Assembly: GCA_963732365.1 (NCBI GenBank)
Contig: CAVSZC010000005.1
Location: forward strand, 1,834,777-1,898,776
Direction: 5' to 3'
Origin: an uncultured Bacteroidales bacterium
Lineage (GTDB): Bacteria > Bacteroidota > Bacteroidia > Bacteroidales > VadinHA17
Length of the DNA: 64,000 bases
This document shows positions 40,351-49,576 of this stretch, in pieces. Each line of letters begins with the position of its first letter. The stretch's first letter is position 1. The notes beneath the pieces are model-generated. The model had not been told where the DNA came from and did not search any database. It saw only the letters and a list, made by a program, of their open reading frames with translations. The position numbers and the translations under genes were made by a program.

Positions 40351-41513
40351 TTTTCGTTCAGCCTATTGTATTTACGGAGTATCTCGAGCGTCTTTTCAAC
40401 AGGCAGGGCCTCAACTGTCATCCCGTTCCTGGCTTTAGTTGTTTTAGCTGCAAAGAGTGAGTTTATTATAGCCTCCTCCGTTGCCTCCGCAGCAGCCTGG
40501 AATAACAGGTCCATCTCGTCATTCCTGATCTCGCGCCACTGCTCGTACATGGAGTCGGAAGAGTAGGGGATACGCAGCTCCTCTGCCGTCGATACTGCAA
40601 TGACATAATCTCCGCTGCCGTTTGATCCGGATGCTCCTGTTCGCATCATGCCGGCAAAAGCCCTGGAACCCAGCCTCTTCAGGTTCCTGGAGGTGAGAGG
40701 CGCATCGGTCATTACCACAATCATGCATGACCCGTCTTCCTTGTACTCACTGGCGGTGGTCCTGAAGCTGTAACGTCCGAGCTCCTGCCCGACGGGTACA
40801 CCGTTGACATGCAGTATCCCTCCGTAGTTCGTCTGTACCAGCACACCCACGGTATAACCACCCCTGGTGGCAGGCAGCACTCGCGATGATGTGCCTATCC
40901 CTCCCTTGAACCCGAAACAGACGGTTCCGGTGCCGGCACCAACGCTGCCCTCGGCAACAGGACCACCGGCTGCATTCCTGATCGCCTCCAGGACATGCTC
41001 CGTTGTGATATGCCTTCCCCTGACGTCATTAATCCTGGCATCGTTGGTCTCTCCAACCACGGCGTTGACGCTTGTCACTCCCTCATTGCCGGGCTGCTTG
41101 AGCGTATACTCTATGACAGCTGCGGCGGCCGCCGGTACACTTAGCGTGTTGGTCAGCACCACCGGGGTCTCGAGGTTTCCCAGCTCTTCAACCTGCGTGT
41201 ACCCGGCCAGCTTGCCGAATCCGTTCCCAATGAATATACCGGCCGGTACCTTCTGCTGGAAGATATTTCCGTCATGAGGCAGGATAGCCGTGACGCCTGT
41301 CCTTACCGATTCACCCTCAGTTAAAGTGACATGGCCCACCTTTACTCCGGGCACATCTGTTATGGCATTGTTACTGCCGGTACGCAGTATGCCGATCTCT
41401 ATTCCGTAATCCCTGGCTCTTTTCATCTGAGCATACGTATTCTGACAGTTCAGGGCCGGCAGCATTAGCATGACTGCAGCCGCTGCCCTGATAAATTGTC
41501 TGTTAATCATCAC
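40347..41513 (-). CDS. P1/S58 (DmpA-type) aminopeptidase family protein
   Basis: Signal peptide. AITDVPGVKVGHVT and the self-processing-site-like GAGTGT block. Confidence 0.75.
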   Translation of the reverse strand: MMINRQFIRAAAAVMLMLPALNCQNTYAQMKRARDYGIEIGILRTGSNNAITDVPGVKVGHVTLTEGESVRTGVTAILPHDGNIFQQKVPAGIFIGNGFGKLAGYTQVEELGNLETPVVLTNTLSVPAAAAAVIEYTLKQPGNEGVTSVNAVVGETNDARINDVRGRHITTEHVLEAIRNAAGGPVAEGSVGAGTGTVCFGFKGGIGTSSRVLPATRGGYTVGVLVQTNYGGILHVNGVPVGQELGRYSFRTTASEYKEDGSCMIVVMTDAPLTSRNLKRLGSRAFAGMMRTGASGSNGSGDYVIAVSTAEELRIPYSSDSMYEQWREIRNDEMDLLFQAAAEATEEAIINSLFAAKTTKARNGMTVEALPVEKTLEILRKYNRLNEK

Positions 41514-41524
41514 TCCTGTTTCGG

Positions 41525-43190
41525 TTACTGCTCTTCAGTGCGGTCAAATACCTTTTTCCCGCCGACCCAGGTCTGCTGCACCTTCATATCCCATATCTCC
41601 ACCGGATCTATGGCGGTGATGTCACGGTCAAGCACCACGAAGTCTGCCATTTTACCGGCTTCGAGCGTTCCCTTTATCTTTTCCTCGAACGAGGCATAAG
41701 CTGCATTCTTTGTGTATGCAAGGAGGGCCTGCTCCACCGTGATCTTTTCTTCCGGAACCCATCCGTCCGGATTCTTATTATCAAGTGTCCTGCGAGTAAC
41801 TGCTGCATAGATACCCTCGATCGGAGTGGCAGGTGCTACCGGCCAGTCGCTGCCGAAGGCTACCGTGGCACCTGCGTCAATCAATGACCTGAAGGCATAT
41901 GTTGTTTTGATTCTCTCAGGGCCGATGTACTCTTCAGCCCATCTGCCGTCGTCAATCGCATGATAGGGCTGCATGCATGCAATTACGTTCAGCTTCGCAA
42001 ACCTCTCAATGTCAGCCGGAGCGATATGCTGTGCATGTTCAATTCTGAACCTGCGGTCTCTTGACACCATTCTCATTGCCGATGCGTTCATAGGTATCAA
42101 GGAGGAAATTGATGGCACGGTCGCCTATAGCATGTATCGCAGCCTGCAAGCCTTCCCTGTCAGCCTCATAGAGCCATCTGTAAAGGTCTTCCTCGCTATT
42201 GACAAAGAATCCGGAGTCTGTCTTCAGATCAGAATAGGGCTCAATGAAAGCCGCAGTATGAGACCCCAGTGACCCGTCAACAAACCCTTTGACGCCTCCT
42301 GTTCTCACCCATGTGTCTCCGTTACCCTCAATGCTGATCTTTTCATGTTGTGTTGACCAGGCATGGATGGGGGTCATGACATATATGCGGGTGATCTGTT
42401 TCCCCCTGTTGCGCACCCTGTCTATGGCATCTGCATACGCTGAAGCATCTACTGCCTGAACTGAGGTGACGCCGTTGGAGGCGAAATATTCCATGGCAGC
42501 GATAAGTGCACTCTCTGTCTCTTCCGGTGAGGAGGGAGGTATCTTCCCGAAGATGAGATTCATGGCGTTGTCCTTGAACACTCCCGTCAGGTTGCCTGAG
42601 GCGTCGCGCACGATGGTGCCGCCGGCGATGTCTTTGACCTTACGGTCGACGCTAGCCATCTTCATTGCGAGCGAATTAGCCAGGCCCATGTGTCCGTCAA
42701 GACGGCTCACAAATACCGGGTTGTAAGGTGTCACGGAGTCAATCCACCCTCTCTCGGGAAGTTTCTCCCATCCCTTGCCGTCCCAGTCGCCACCAAGGAT
42801 CCAGGCACCTGGTTTAAGAGTTCTGGCATACTCACCAATCCTTCTGACAAAATCCTCCGGAGTGGAGGCATCTCTGAGCTGCACCGAGGTGAGATTCAAT
42901 CCTCCCTGCAAAAAGTGAACATGGGAATCGATGAATCCGGGGGTAACAAATTTCCCGTTCATATCAGTTACAACAGTGTTGCTGCCTCTGAATTTCAGAA
43001 TATCACGGTTAGTGCCGACAGCAACTAAAGTATCTCCGGAGACAGCCATTGCTTCAGCCAGAGGCCGGAGGTCATTGCCAGTCCATATTTTGGCATTTGT
43101 TATTATCATATCGGCTTGCTGGTTTTTATTGCATGAGACCGCTGTCAGGGCGAGTGCGATGATGATCAGGCAGTGAAGAATTCTTTTCAT
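41525..43190 (-). pseudogene. amidohydrolase (YtcJ-like, amidohydrolase_3) split by a +1 frame change
   Basis: The N-terminal ORF has GFIDSHVHFLQGG and ends ...[16 protein letters not shown]. The +1 frame reads ...[12 protein letters not shown]..., the family's next conserved block. The frame switch is at about 42057-42062. Confidence 0.7.
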
Positions 43191-43290
43191 CTTAGAAATT
43201 TAATGAGTGCCATTAAATATATACATTTTTACCGTTACTGCACTTCATTGGCGCTGAAACAACAAAAACAGAGAAGGTGATGAACAGATA

Positions 43291-43330
43291 TAAAATAAAA
43301 AAGCACTGCCCCGTTTTGTCAGGGAGTGCT
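43291..43330 (-). terminator. rho-independent terminator of the DUF1338 gene
   Basis: On the minus strand, AGCACTCCC...GGGGCAGTGCT forms a stem with one mismatch, followed by TTTTTTTATTTT, 25 nt after the stop at 43355. Confidence 0.65.
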
Positions 43331-43354
43331 GTAGAAAATCGAAATTAAACCGGA

Positions 43355-44164
43355 CTATTTCTTCTGATAGAAGTTTGTGCTTTCGAATATCTTATCAGCA
43401 GATTTTGCAATGAATCCGCTGTAGAGATTGCCATTTGAGTCGGGAAATCTCTGAGCAAACTCATAATAGCATGAAGGAACCTCAAAAACGCCCTCGATGA
43501 ATTTTATTTTAACTATATCAGCCATTGTGCTCGACTGCTGAAGGAGTTCTTCGGGAGTACCTTTCACCTCACCTCCGGAGCTGTTCAGGAGGTACCCGTT
43601 TTTCTTCAGCAACTCATTGACTTTATAGATGTCATTGTATTTGTTCAGGTAATTGATTCCGACCGTGAAATGATTTGCCCTGAATCCGAAGATGTAGAAC
43701 CATGCTGCATATTCAGACTCTTCCCTGAGGCGCGTATATACCTCGTACGAGAGGGGATTGAACAGAGTGCCCGCAAATATTAAATCATCCGCTCTGAATC
43801 TTGCATTGTCAGCCTTTTCAAGAAGATTGCTGAAGGTCTTCTGAATATATGAAGAGCAATCTGAGAGTATCAGCTGACTTATAAAGATACGGGGAGAAGT
43901 CTTTTCTCCCGGCAATTCAAAATGCCTGGCAAAAAGGTGCTTGTCTTTGAATTCGTATTCCCCGCTGGGGACATAGCCGTTTTTAATAAACTGTTTTGCC
44001 AGAACATCGATGTTTATCGCAGGAAAATCAAGTGTTCTGAAGGCAATGTGATCATTTACAACAGTCTCTCCCTCGCTTGAAAACAGGTCGTGGATTCTTC
44101 CGGCTGATGGATTCTGGGTGATGTAATCAACCCAGAGACGGTTCAGGATATATTCAAGGTTCAT
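43355..44164 (-). CDS. DUF1338 / 2-oxoadipate dioxygenase-decarboxylase (HglS-like) family protein
   Basis: The N-terminal LWVDYITQNPSAGRIHDLF...VNDHIAFRT block is typical of DUF1338. Confidence 0.65.
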   Translation of the reverse strand: MNLEYILNRLWVDYITQNPSAGRIHDLFSSEGETVVNDHIAFRTLDFPAINIDVLAKQFIKNGYVPSGEYEFKDKHLFARHFELPGEKTSPRIFISQLILSDCSSYIQKTFSNLLEKADNARFRADDLIFAGTLFNPLSYEVYTRLREESEYAAWFYIFGFRANHFTVGINYLNKYNDIYKVNELLKKNGYLLNSSGGEVKGTPEELLQQSSTMADIVKIKFIEGVFEVPSCYYEFAQRFPDSNGNLYSGFIAKSADKIFESTNFYQKK

Positions 44165-44232
44165 CTTAATAAGGAATTAGATATCTTAAACAAGAGTGAA
44201 TAACACATAAGCCATTTAATTTGTTCAGAATC

Positions 44233-46929
44233 TCAGGTCCGGCCCTTCCTGCGAACTATCTTCCTGATTTTGCGAACGACAGATCCGTCGGAGGCAATTC
44301 CCTCAACCACTGCCGTATATGTTGTTGTGGCATCAGCAGTGTAAAAATCAAATGAGGCTTCGCCGGCATCCGATACGGTGACGTTCGGATTCCAGTAAAT
44401 GGTTGTTCGCAGGTCAGGCTGACCGTTGTTCCTCAGTTCCGGCGTATCATATCTCGGTGAGTAAAACTCTGCCGGCTGCTGATATCCCAGGGGTGAGACC
44501 TTCTTTATATTGTACTTCGGTGTTTCTTTGAATTCGAAGTGCCCTTTTTTTGTTGTGATGACCACGGCTCCCCCTGAGCCGTAACCACCCAGAATGCTGG
44601 CAGCAGTACCCTTAAGGATGCCTATTCTTTCAATATTGGTCGGGTCAAGGGCATCAATGTCATATTCATGGATAATAATGTCATCGATGATGAGAACTGC
44701 GTAGTTTGTGCCGTTCAGTCCGTAACTCATTCTTTCTATGACAACCTTGCCGTTCTCGATCCGGGTGAACGGTATATGGATGAAGATATCTGATACAACT
44801 GCCGGATGCAGCTCCTCTATCTGTTCAGATGTTAAAAGAGTAGCCGACGAACTGCCCTTGGGCATGTAGTATGAAAAGTTGTAACTTTTCTTTTCCGGCG
44901 CCTGCCCCTTGATGACAACCTCTTCAATGTCGATTGTGCGCATGCCATTTTCAAATGTATACTTTGCATCAGCCCTGGCAACATAGCCGGCCATTTGTAT
45001 AGATTCCTTTGCCTGCGCCTTTTCGTGTGAGACCCGCTGGGGCAGTCCTGAAGACTGTGCGAATCTGTCTTCGTCAACAAGCAATTCGATGTAATCTTTG
45101 CCCTTTTCGTTAAGTGCCTGTACTATAAATTCAGTGCTGTCAGGAAACTCAATTTTGTTGAAAACAAAAGTTCCTGTACTATCCGTTACAGTCTCATCAA
45201 AATAACCTGCATCCCAGGAGAAGATTGTCACTTTTCCATTCACTACAGGCTTGTCACTTAAAAGGCGCTTCGCCCTTCCGCTGATCTCCATTCCGCCGGT
45301 AACCGGGGATTCCGGGCTGGTGTAATTCCCCCTGATCACTTCGGGTATGTCATAACGCCTCCACCCGTTTGTAAGCATCAGCAGATCAAGCGACTGGTGC
45401 ACTTCAGGGTTACTCTCCCTGAAATAATACCCCGGGTCATTGATATTGCCTTTCAGGTCTGAAGTCAGTAAAAGAGCCGACATAATAGTCGAGACGGTAT
45501 CAGGTCTGACATCATTGTCGTCGGTCACTGAAACGGATAATTTACCGCTGAGCGGGATCCCTTTGCTGTCGGTTATCTTCAAACCGGCATGCACATGGTC
45601 ACGGGAGTCATAATCCTGCCGGTCGGTGATCATTTCAGTATGCGCCTGGTCATCATTAAGGCAGAATACCATCCGCTCGCTCAGGGGATTGAGTTTTTCG
45701 TCAAACAGTATGATTTGCATTACCCCTGAAGGGAACAGATCAGAATTGAAGGCAATGCTCTCATAATTGTGGTCCCAGCCTTTTGCGTAAAGAATCATTC
45801 CCCTTGTGTGCATCACAAGAAACAGCTCGCTCTGATCTCTTATATCCGGAGACTTGATCACTGAGACAAACAACTCGTTCCCCTCATTTTCAACCTGAAG
45901 GGAATAAATTCCGTTTCGGGCTGCCGGAAGTTCAAACCGTTTTTCAATCCCGGCCTCATTCATGCATATGGCGTGGTATGTCAACCCTTCCTCAGACAGG
46001 AGGTAGAAGAAGCCCATGCCGTCATGCAGTGCAGTTATCTGTGCACATTCGCGTCCGGCATTGTCAAATATCTTTCCGGTGATATTCTCCGGCAAGCCAT
46101 TGGAATTAAGTATCTTAAAGGCCACTTTGCTCCTTACTCCGGTCATCAGATAACCTCCTTCCGGATAGAAGGAGACATCATAATCATTTGCGGGAAAAGG
46201 CACAGTGACAAATTCACTGTGATTTCTGGTTTCAAGGTAGAGCACTCTTTTTCTGTTCTGTTCCGGAAGCCTGAAGTTAAAATATGATACTGTATCAGAT
46301 GCTGCCTGCACTTCTGCCAGGGGCTGGTCGTTGATCCTCATCTTCAGTTCTTCAGGTTTTATCTTTCTTTGCGCCCTCATATCCCTGAAGGTCACCTCCG
46401 CTGTAATTCTGTCTCCTGCGCCAAACCTGAAGTTCACCCCGGAAATCATGGTGGCCGACAGAGGGCTCTCTATCAATATCCTTCTTTTAAAAATGGACTC
46501 CCCGCCTGTATTGAGCATATTCTCGGTGTAGGCACACAGGGTGTAGGTACCCCTGGGAACTCTTTCACTCAACGGAAAATGCCCGCTGTAAACGCCGTCG
46601 GTTTGCCTTATCTTAATCCTGCTTATTACCGAATCTGCCGGGTTTATAAGCTCCGCAATCACATACTGGTCTTTGAGGGGTTTATGGAGAACAGCATCGA
46701 CCACATATGCACTGAACCAGATCTCCTCTCCGCAAAGGTAAACAGGCTTGTCAGTCTGGATATAAATCTTTTCCTGAGGGAAGAGCAGAACCTGTTCCAC
46801 AATATTCCTGACAACAGAATCCTTCGTTGGCAGTGGATCTATTTGCGTCCACCCGGGTAAACAGAACACGAAGAATATAACTGGCAGAAAAGTTGATTTC
46901 CTTATTAAAGAATTACAATGCACGTTCAA
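44233..46929 (-). CDS. large outer-membrane-associated protein with a TonB-dependent-receptor Plug domain near the C-terminus
   Basis: 898 aa. Plug-domain block IERIGILKGTAASILGGYGSGGAVVITTKKG. The N-terminal region resembles MG2/carboxypeptidase-regulatory folds. Confidence 0.6.
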   Translation of the reverse strand: MNVHCNSLIRKSTFLPVIFFVFCLPGWTQIDPLPTKDSVVRNIVEQVLLFPQEKIYIQTDKPVYLCGEEIWFSAYVVDAVLHKPLKDQYVIAELINPADSVISRIKIRQTDGVYSGHFPLSERVPRGTYTLCAYTENMLNTGGESIFKRRILIESPLSATMISGVNFRFGAGDRITAEVTFRDMRAQRKIKPEELKMRINDQPLAEVQAASDTVSYFNFRLPEQNRKRVLYLETRNHSEFVTVPFPANDYDVSFYPEGGYLMTGVRSKVAFKILNSNGLPENITGKIFDNAGRECAQITALHDGMGFFYLLSEEGLTYHAICMNEAGIEKRFELPAARNGIYSLQVENEGNELFVSVIKSPDIRDQSELFLVMHTRGMILYAKGWDHNYESIAFNSDLFPSGVMQIILFDEKLNPLSERMVFCLNDDQAHTEMITDRQDYDSRDHVHAGLKITDSKGIPLSGKLSVSVTDDNDVRPDTVSTIMSALLLTSDLKGNINDPGYYFRESNPEVHQSLDLLMLTNGWRRYDIPEVIRGNYTSPESPVTGGMEISGRAKRLLSDKPVVNGKVTIFSWDAGYFDETVTDSTGTFVFNKIEFPDSTEFIVQALNEKGKDYIELLVDEDRFAQSSGLPQRVSHEKAQAKESIQMAGYVARADAKYTFENGMRTIDIEEVVIKGQAPEKKSYNFSYYMPKGSSSATLLTSEQIEELHPAVVSDIFIHIPFTRIENGKVVIERMSYGLNGTNYAVLIIDDIIIHEYDIDALDPTNIERIGILKGTAASILGGYGSGGAVVITTKKGHFEFKETPKYNIKKVSPLGYQQPAEFYSPRYDTPELRNNGQPDLRTTIYWNPNVTVSDAGEASFDFYTADATTTYTAVVEGIASDGSVVRKIRKIVRRKGRT

Positions 46930-47083
46930 TGATTATTCTCCGGGAACCGGCTTTGTACCGCTAAGGAACTAAATTAATCTTAAATAATGGAAGGAAATGT
47001 TATCCTCAGACTCATCAAAAGTTTTTCTTCTTCTTTAAGTCTTTATAGTAAGTGAAGATCAGAGATTTACAAATGTCTGATCA

Positions 47084-47539
47084 TTACTTGCTGTCTTCTT
47101 TATTTTGCAGATAATCAATAAGTACATTAAGATTTGTTCTTAATTCAACCAACTGTTCCATTGTCAGGGCTCCGTCTTTAAGTTTGTCGATAAGCAGCCC
47201 GGGTATTGATGAAGCCACCAGCTTCATCTTTTTTCCTTTTTCTGTAAGAGTAATCAACACTTTCCTTTCATCTTCACCTGAACGATTCCTTGAGATGATT
47301 CCTAGAGACTCCATCCGTTTCAGAAGAGGGGTTACGGTATTGGTTTTGAGTACCAGCTTATCCGTTATGTCATTAACCGTAATGCCATCGTTTTCCCATA
47401 GCACCATAAGCACCAGATACTGCGGATAAGTTATCCGCAGTTTATCAAGATATGGCTGATATTCACGAATTATCAATCTCGATGCCGCATACACCGGAAA
47501 GCAAAGCTGATTGCTTAGCCGTAGCTGTTCATATTTCAT
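47084..47539 (-). CDS. MarR-family transcriptional regulator (OhrR-like)
   Basis: 151-aa winged-helix protein (ITYPQYLVLMVLWE..., LLKRMESLGIISR) with an early Cys (LCFPVY). Directly downstream of a peroxidase gene. Confidence 0.8.
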   Translation of the reverse strand: MKYEQLRLSNQLCFPVYAASRLIIREYQPYLDKLRITYPQYLVLMVLWENDGITVNDITDKLVLKTNTVTPLLKRMESLGIISRNRSGEDERKVLITLTEKGKKMKLVASSIPGLLIDKLKDGALTMEQLVELRTNLNVLIDYLQNKEDSK

Positions 47540-47583
47540 CTTGAGTATGCTTTAACCAATAATAAAAAGGTATTACGATTCAT

Positions 47584-48066
47584 TTAGTTTAATATCTTAC
47601 TCAGATAGCTGTCTATCTCTTCGGGTTTTGTTGCCGGAGAAAATCGCTTAATAGGCTTGCCATTCTTATCAACCAGGAACTTTGTGAAATTCCACTTTAT
47701 CTTACTGCCGAAAAAGCCTCTCAATTCTTTCTTCAGGTACTTATACACAGGATGGGCAGTGTCTCCATTCACATCTATCTTCGAAAACATCGGGAACGTT
47801 ACGCCATAGTTTAAAAGACAGCCTTCCGCAATAGATTTTTCATCACCCGGTTCCTGATTTGCGAATTGATTGCACGGGAAACCAAGTATTACAAATCCCT
47901 TATCCCTGTACTTCTGATACAACGCCTCCAATCCCTCAAACTGGGGGGTTAGCCCGCATTTGCTGGCTGTATTTACTATTAAGACGGTCTTCCCCTGATA
48001 GGTATCCATACCTACTTCTTTTCCCTGAAGACTCTTTGCTTTAAAGCTATAGAAAACTGAATTCAT
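47584..48066 (-). CDS. gpx: glutathione peroxidase (Cys-type)
   Basis: NTASKCGLTPQ active-site block, LGFPCNQF, and the WNFTKFLV motif. Start set at 48066. Confidence 0.9.
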   Translation of the reverse strand: MNSVFYSFKAKSLQGKEVGMDTYQGKTVLIVNTASKCGLTPQFEGLEALYQKYRDKGFVILGFPCNQFANQEPGDEKSIAEGCLLNYGVTFPMFSKIDVNGDTAHPVYKYLKKELRGFFGSKIKWNFTKFLVDKNGKPIKRFSPATKPEEIDSYLSKILN

Positions 48067-48255
48067 GCATTTTTTATTGATCGTTACAGACAATATCGCC
48101 TGCGACACAAAAGTACAAAACTTTTATTATATCGTAAGCGATATATATTTATTATATATAAACAATTTTCTTGGCTGTACAGTGAGTCATCCGGGCTGCG
48201 AACCGCGACAGCAATCCTTTTGTTTTTGGTTACGGAGGCAGAATGGAGTGATGAA

Positions 48256-48546
48256 CTACAGCAAGTCGATCAACATCATATCTATCTTATCGAACAACTC
48301 ACCAACTCCCAGAGCCGCCCAGAGAATAAAGATTCCCAGGAGGATTTTTACAATTACGGGAATGGAGAAGCCTATCCGTTTCCTTAAGATTGGATTGGCC
48401 GGCAAAAAGTAAATTAAAGAAAGAAGCATTATAAATATGCCGAATCCGGTATCGTTCCCCCAGAATGTATTTACAATCCCGATGGCAAAGAAAATTACAC
48501 CGAAAATCCAGCTGATGATGTTCCAAAAGATTAACCTGTTAACCAT
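48256..48546 (-). CDS. small membrane protein of unknown function
   Basis: 96-aa three-helix protein starting MVNRLIFWNIISWIFGV. The longer track ORF is probably over-extended. Confidence 0.45.
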   Translation of the reverse strand: MVNRLIFWNIISWIFGVIFFAIGIVNTFWGNDTGFGIFIMLLSLIYFLPANPILRKRIGFSIPVIVKILLGIFILWAALGVGELFDKIDMMLIDLL

Positions 48547-48658
48547 GATTGTTTCTCTTCTATTTAAGTTTACTTGTTCATAAAAAATAATTACTGCCCT
48601 GATTTTTTGTTTCCGAATGGTTTGTAGACATGGATTCAATTATTCATGAGCATTAAAG

Positions 48659-48704
48659 TACTTTGAATTACAAAGTAAATAAGAATACTTTGAATTACAA
48701 AGTA
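48659..48704. promoter_or_regulatory. two tandem copies of a 19-bp perfect palindrome, candidate MarR/OhrR operator
   Basis: TACTTTGAATTACAAAGTA occurs at 48659-48677 and 48686-48704, 27 bp apart start to start. It lies upstream of the minus-strand small-protein/gpx/MarR gene string. Confidence 0.5.
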
Positions 48705-48859
48705 AATTTTAAAATAGTTTTATCCGGACAGTTTTAAATCATCAGCGAGCCACGGAAAGCCCTGCTGCTGTAGTAGGAGGGTGCGCTGTTGTGATACACG
48801 AAGACATTGCCGTAACGGCGGTCAGCAAAGAGGGCAAATGGTCTGATCAGTAGCATTTA

Positions 48860-49498
48860 TCAGGAAGTGCACTGGTCACATGAGCATGATTTCCCTTTTG
48901 CCTTTTCAAAAGCTTCTATACCTTCTGAAACTGAGAAATAAATAAGTCCGGCTGCTCCAATAGCATCGGCATAAGCAAAGCCAGTGATTTCGTAGATAAA
49001 GCTGGAAACGAGTAATACTATGGACATATAGACACAAACCTTTGTGCAGTTGCTGTCAGAAATTATTGGCTCTGAGTTCAATTCTTTGCCAACGGTTTTC
49101 TTTGCTCTCATCAGCCACAACATAACCACTATAGAGATTACTGAAATAATGATACCCCATATTGTTGTTTCAGGTTTGTTGTTTTTTATAATGTTTAATA
49201 TTATTCCTGCCAGGAGACCGGCTGAAAGAAGAAAAAATGCTATTCCTGTTATCTTCAGAGCTGTAATCTCAAATTTGTTTTTTGAGCTATTCGGATTTTG
49301 TCTTATTCTTAAAACCATTACCATTATTCCAAGACCTGAAAGTACCTCAATAAAACTATCAACCCCAAATCCGAATAAGGCTAATGATTCATCCTGAAAT
49401 CCCATCATCATTGAGACTACGCCTTCAATAACATTGTAAAATACAGTAAACAGGCTTAGATTCAACGCTCTTCTGTAAAGCTTATTTTCGGGTTCCAT
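48860..49498 (-). CDS. cation-diffusion-facilitator-like membrane protein (transmembrane domain only)
   Basis: 212 aa. FGFGVDSFIEVLSG block resembling the CDF TM2/TM5 metal site. Cys-rich tail CSCDQC. Confidence 0.5.
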   Translation of the reverse strand: MEPENKLYRRALNLSLFTVFYNVIEGVVSMMMGFQDESLALFGFGVDSFIEVLSGLGIMVMVLRIRQNPNSSKNKFEITALKITGIAFFLLSAGLLAGIILNIIKNNKPETTIWGIIISVISIVVMLWLMRAKKTVGKELNSEPIISDSNCTKVCVYMSIVLLVSSFIYEITGFAYADAIGAAGLIYFSVSEGIEAFEKAKGKSCSCDQCTS

Positions 49499-49576
49499 TC
49501 AGAGTGTTGTTACTATTAGTTCTCGCCGGGTGCAAAAGGGCAAGTAAAAGAGTCGACCTGCAAACTTTAAGTTGAA

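Noticed and set aside
47060-47085. Hairpin GATCAGA-N12-TCTGATC at the MarR stop as a terminator or island boundary repeat
   Set aside because: It is a short 7-bp stem with no T-tract and no second copy in the window. There is not enough evidence to call a terminator or an att site.
48640-48720. CRISPR-like direct repeats
   Set aside because: There are only two repeat copies with an 8-nt spacer, and each repeat is itself a perfect palindrome. This fits an operator, not a CRISPR array. No cas genes are present.
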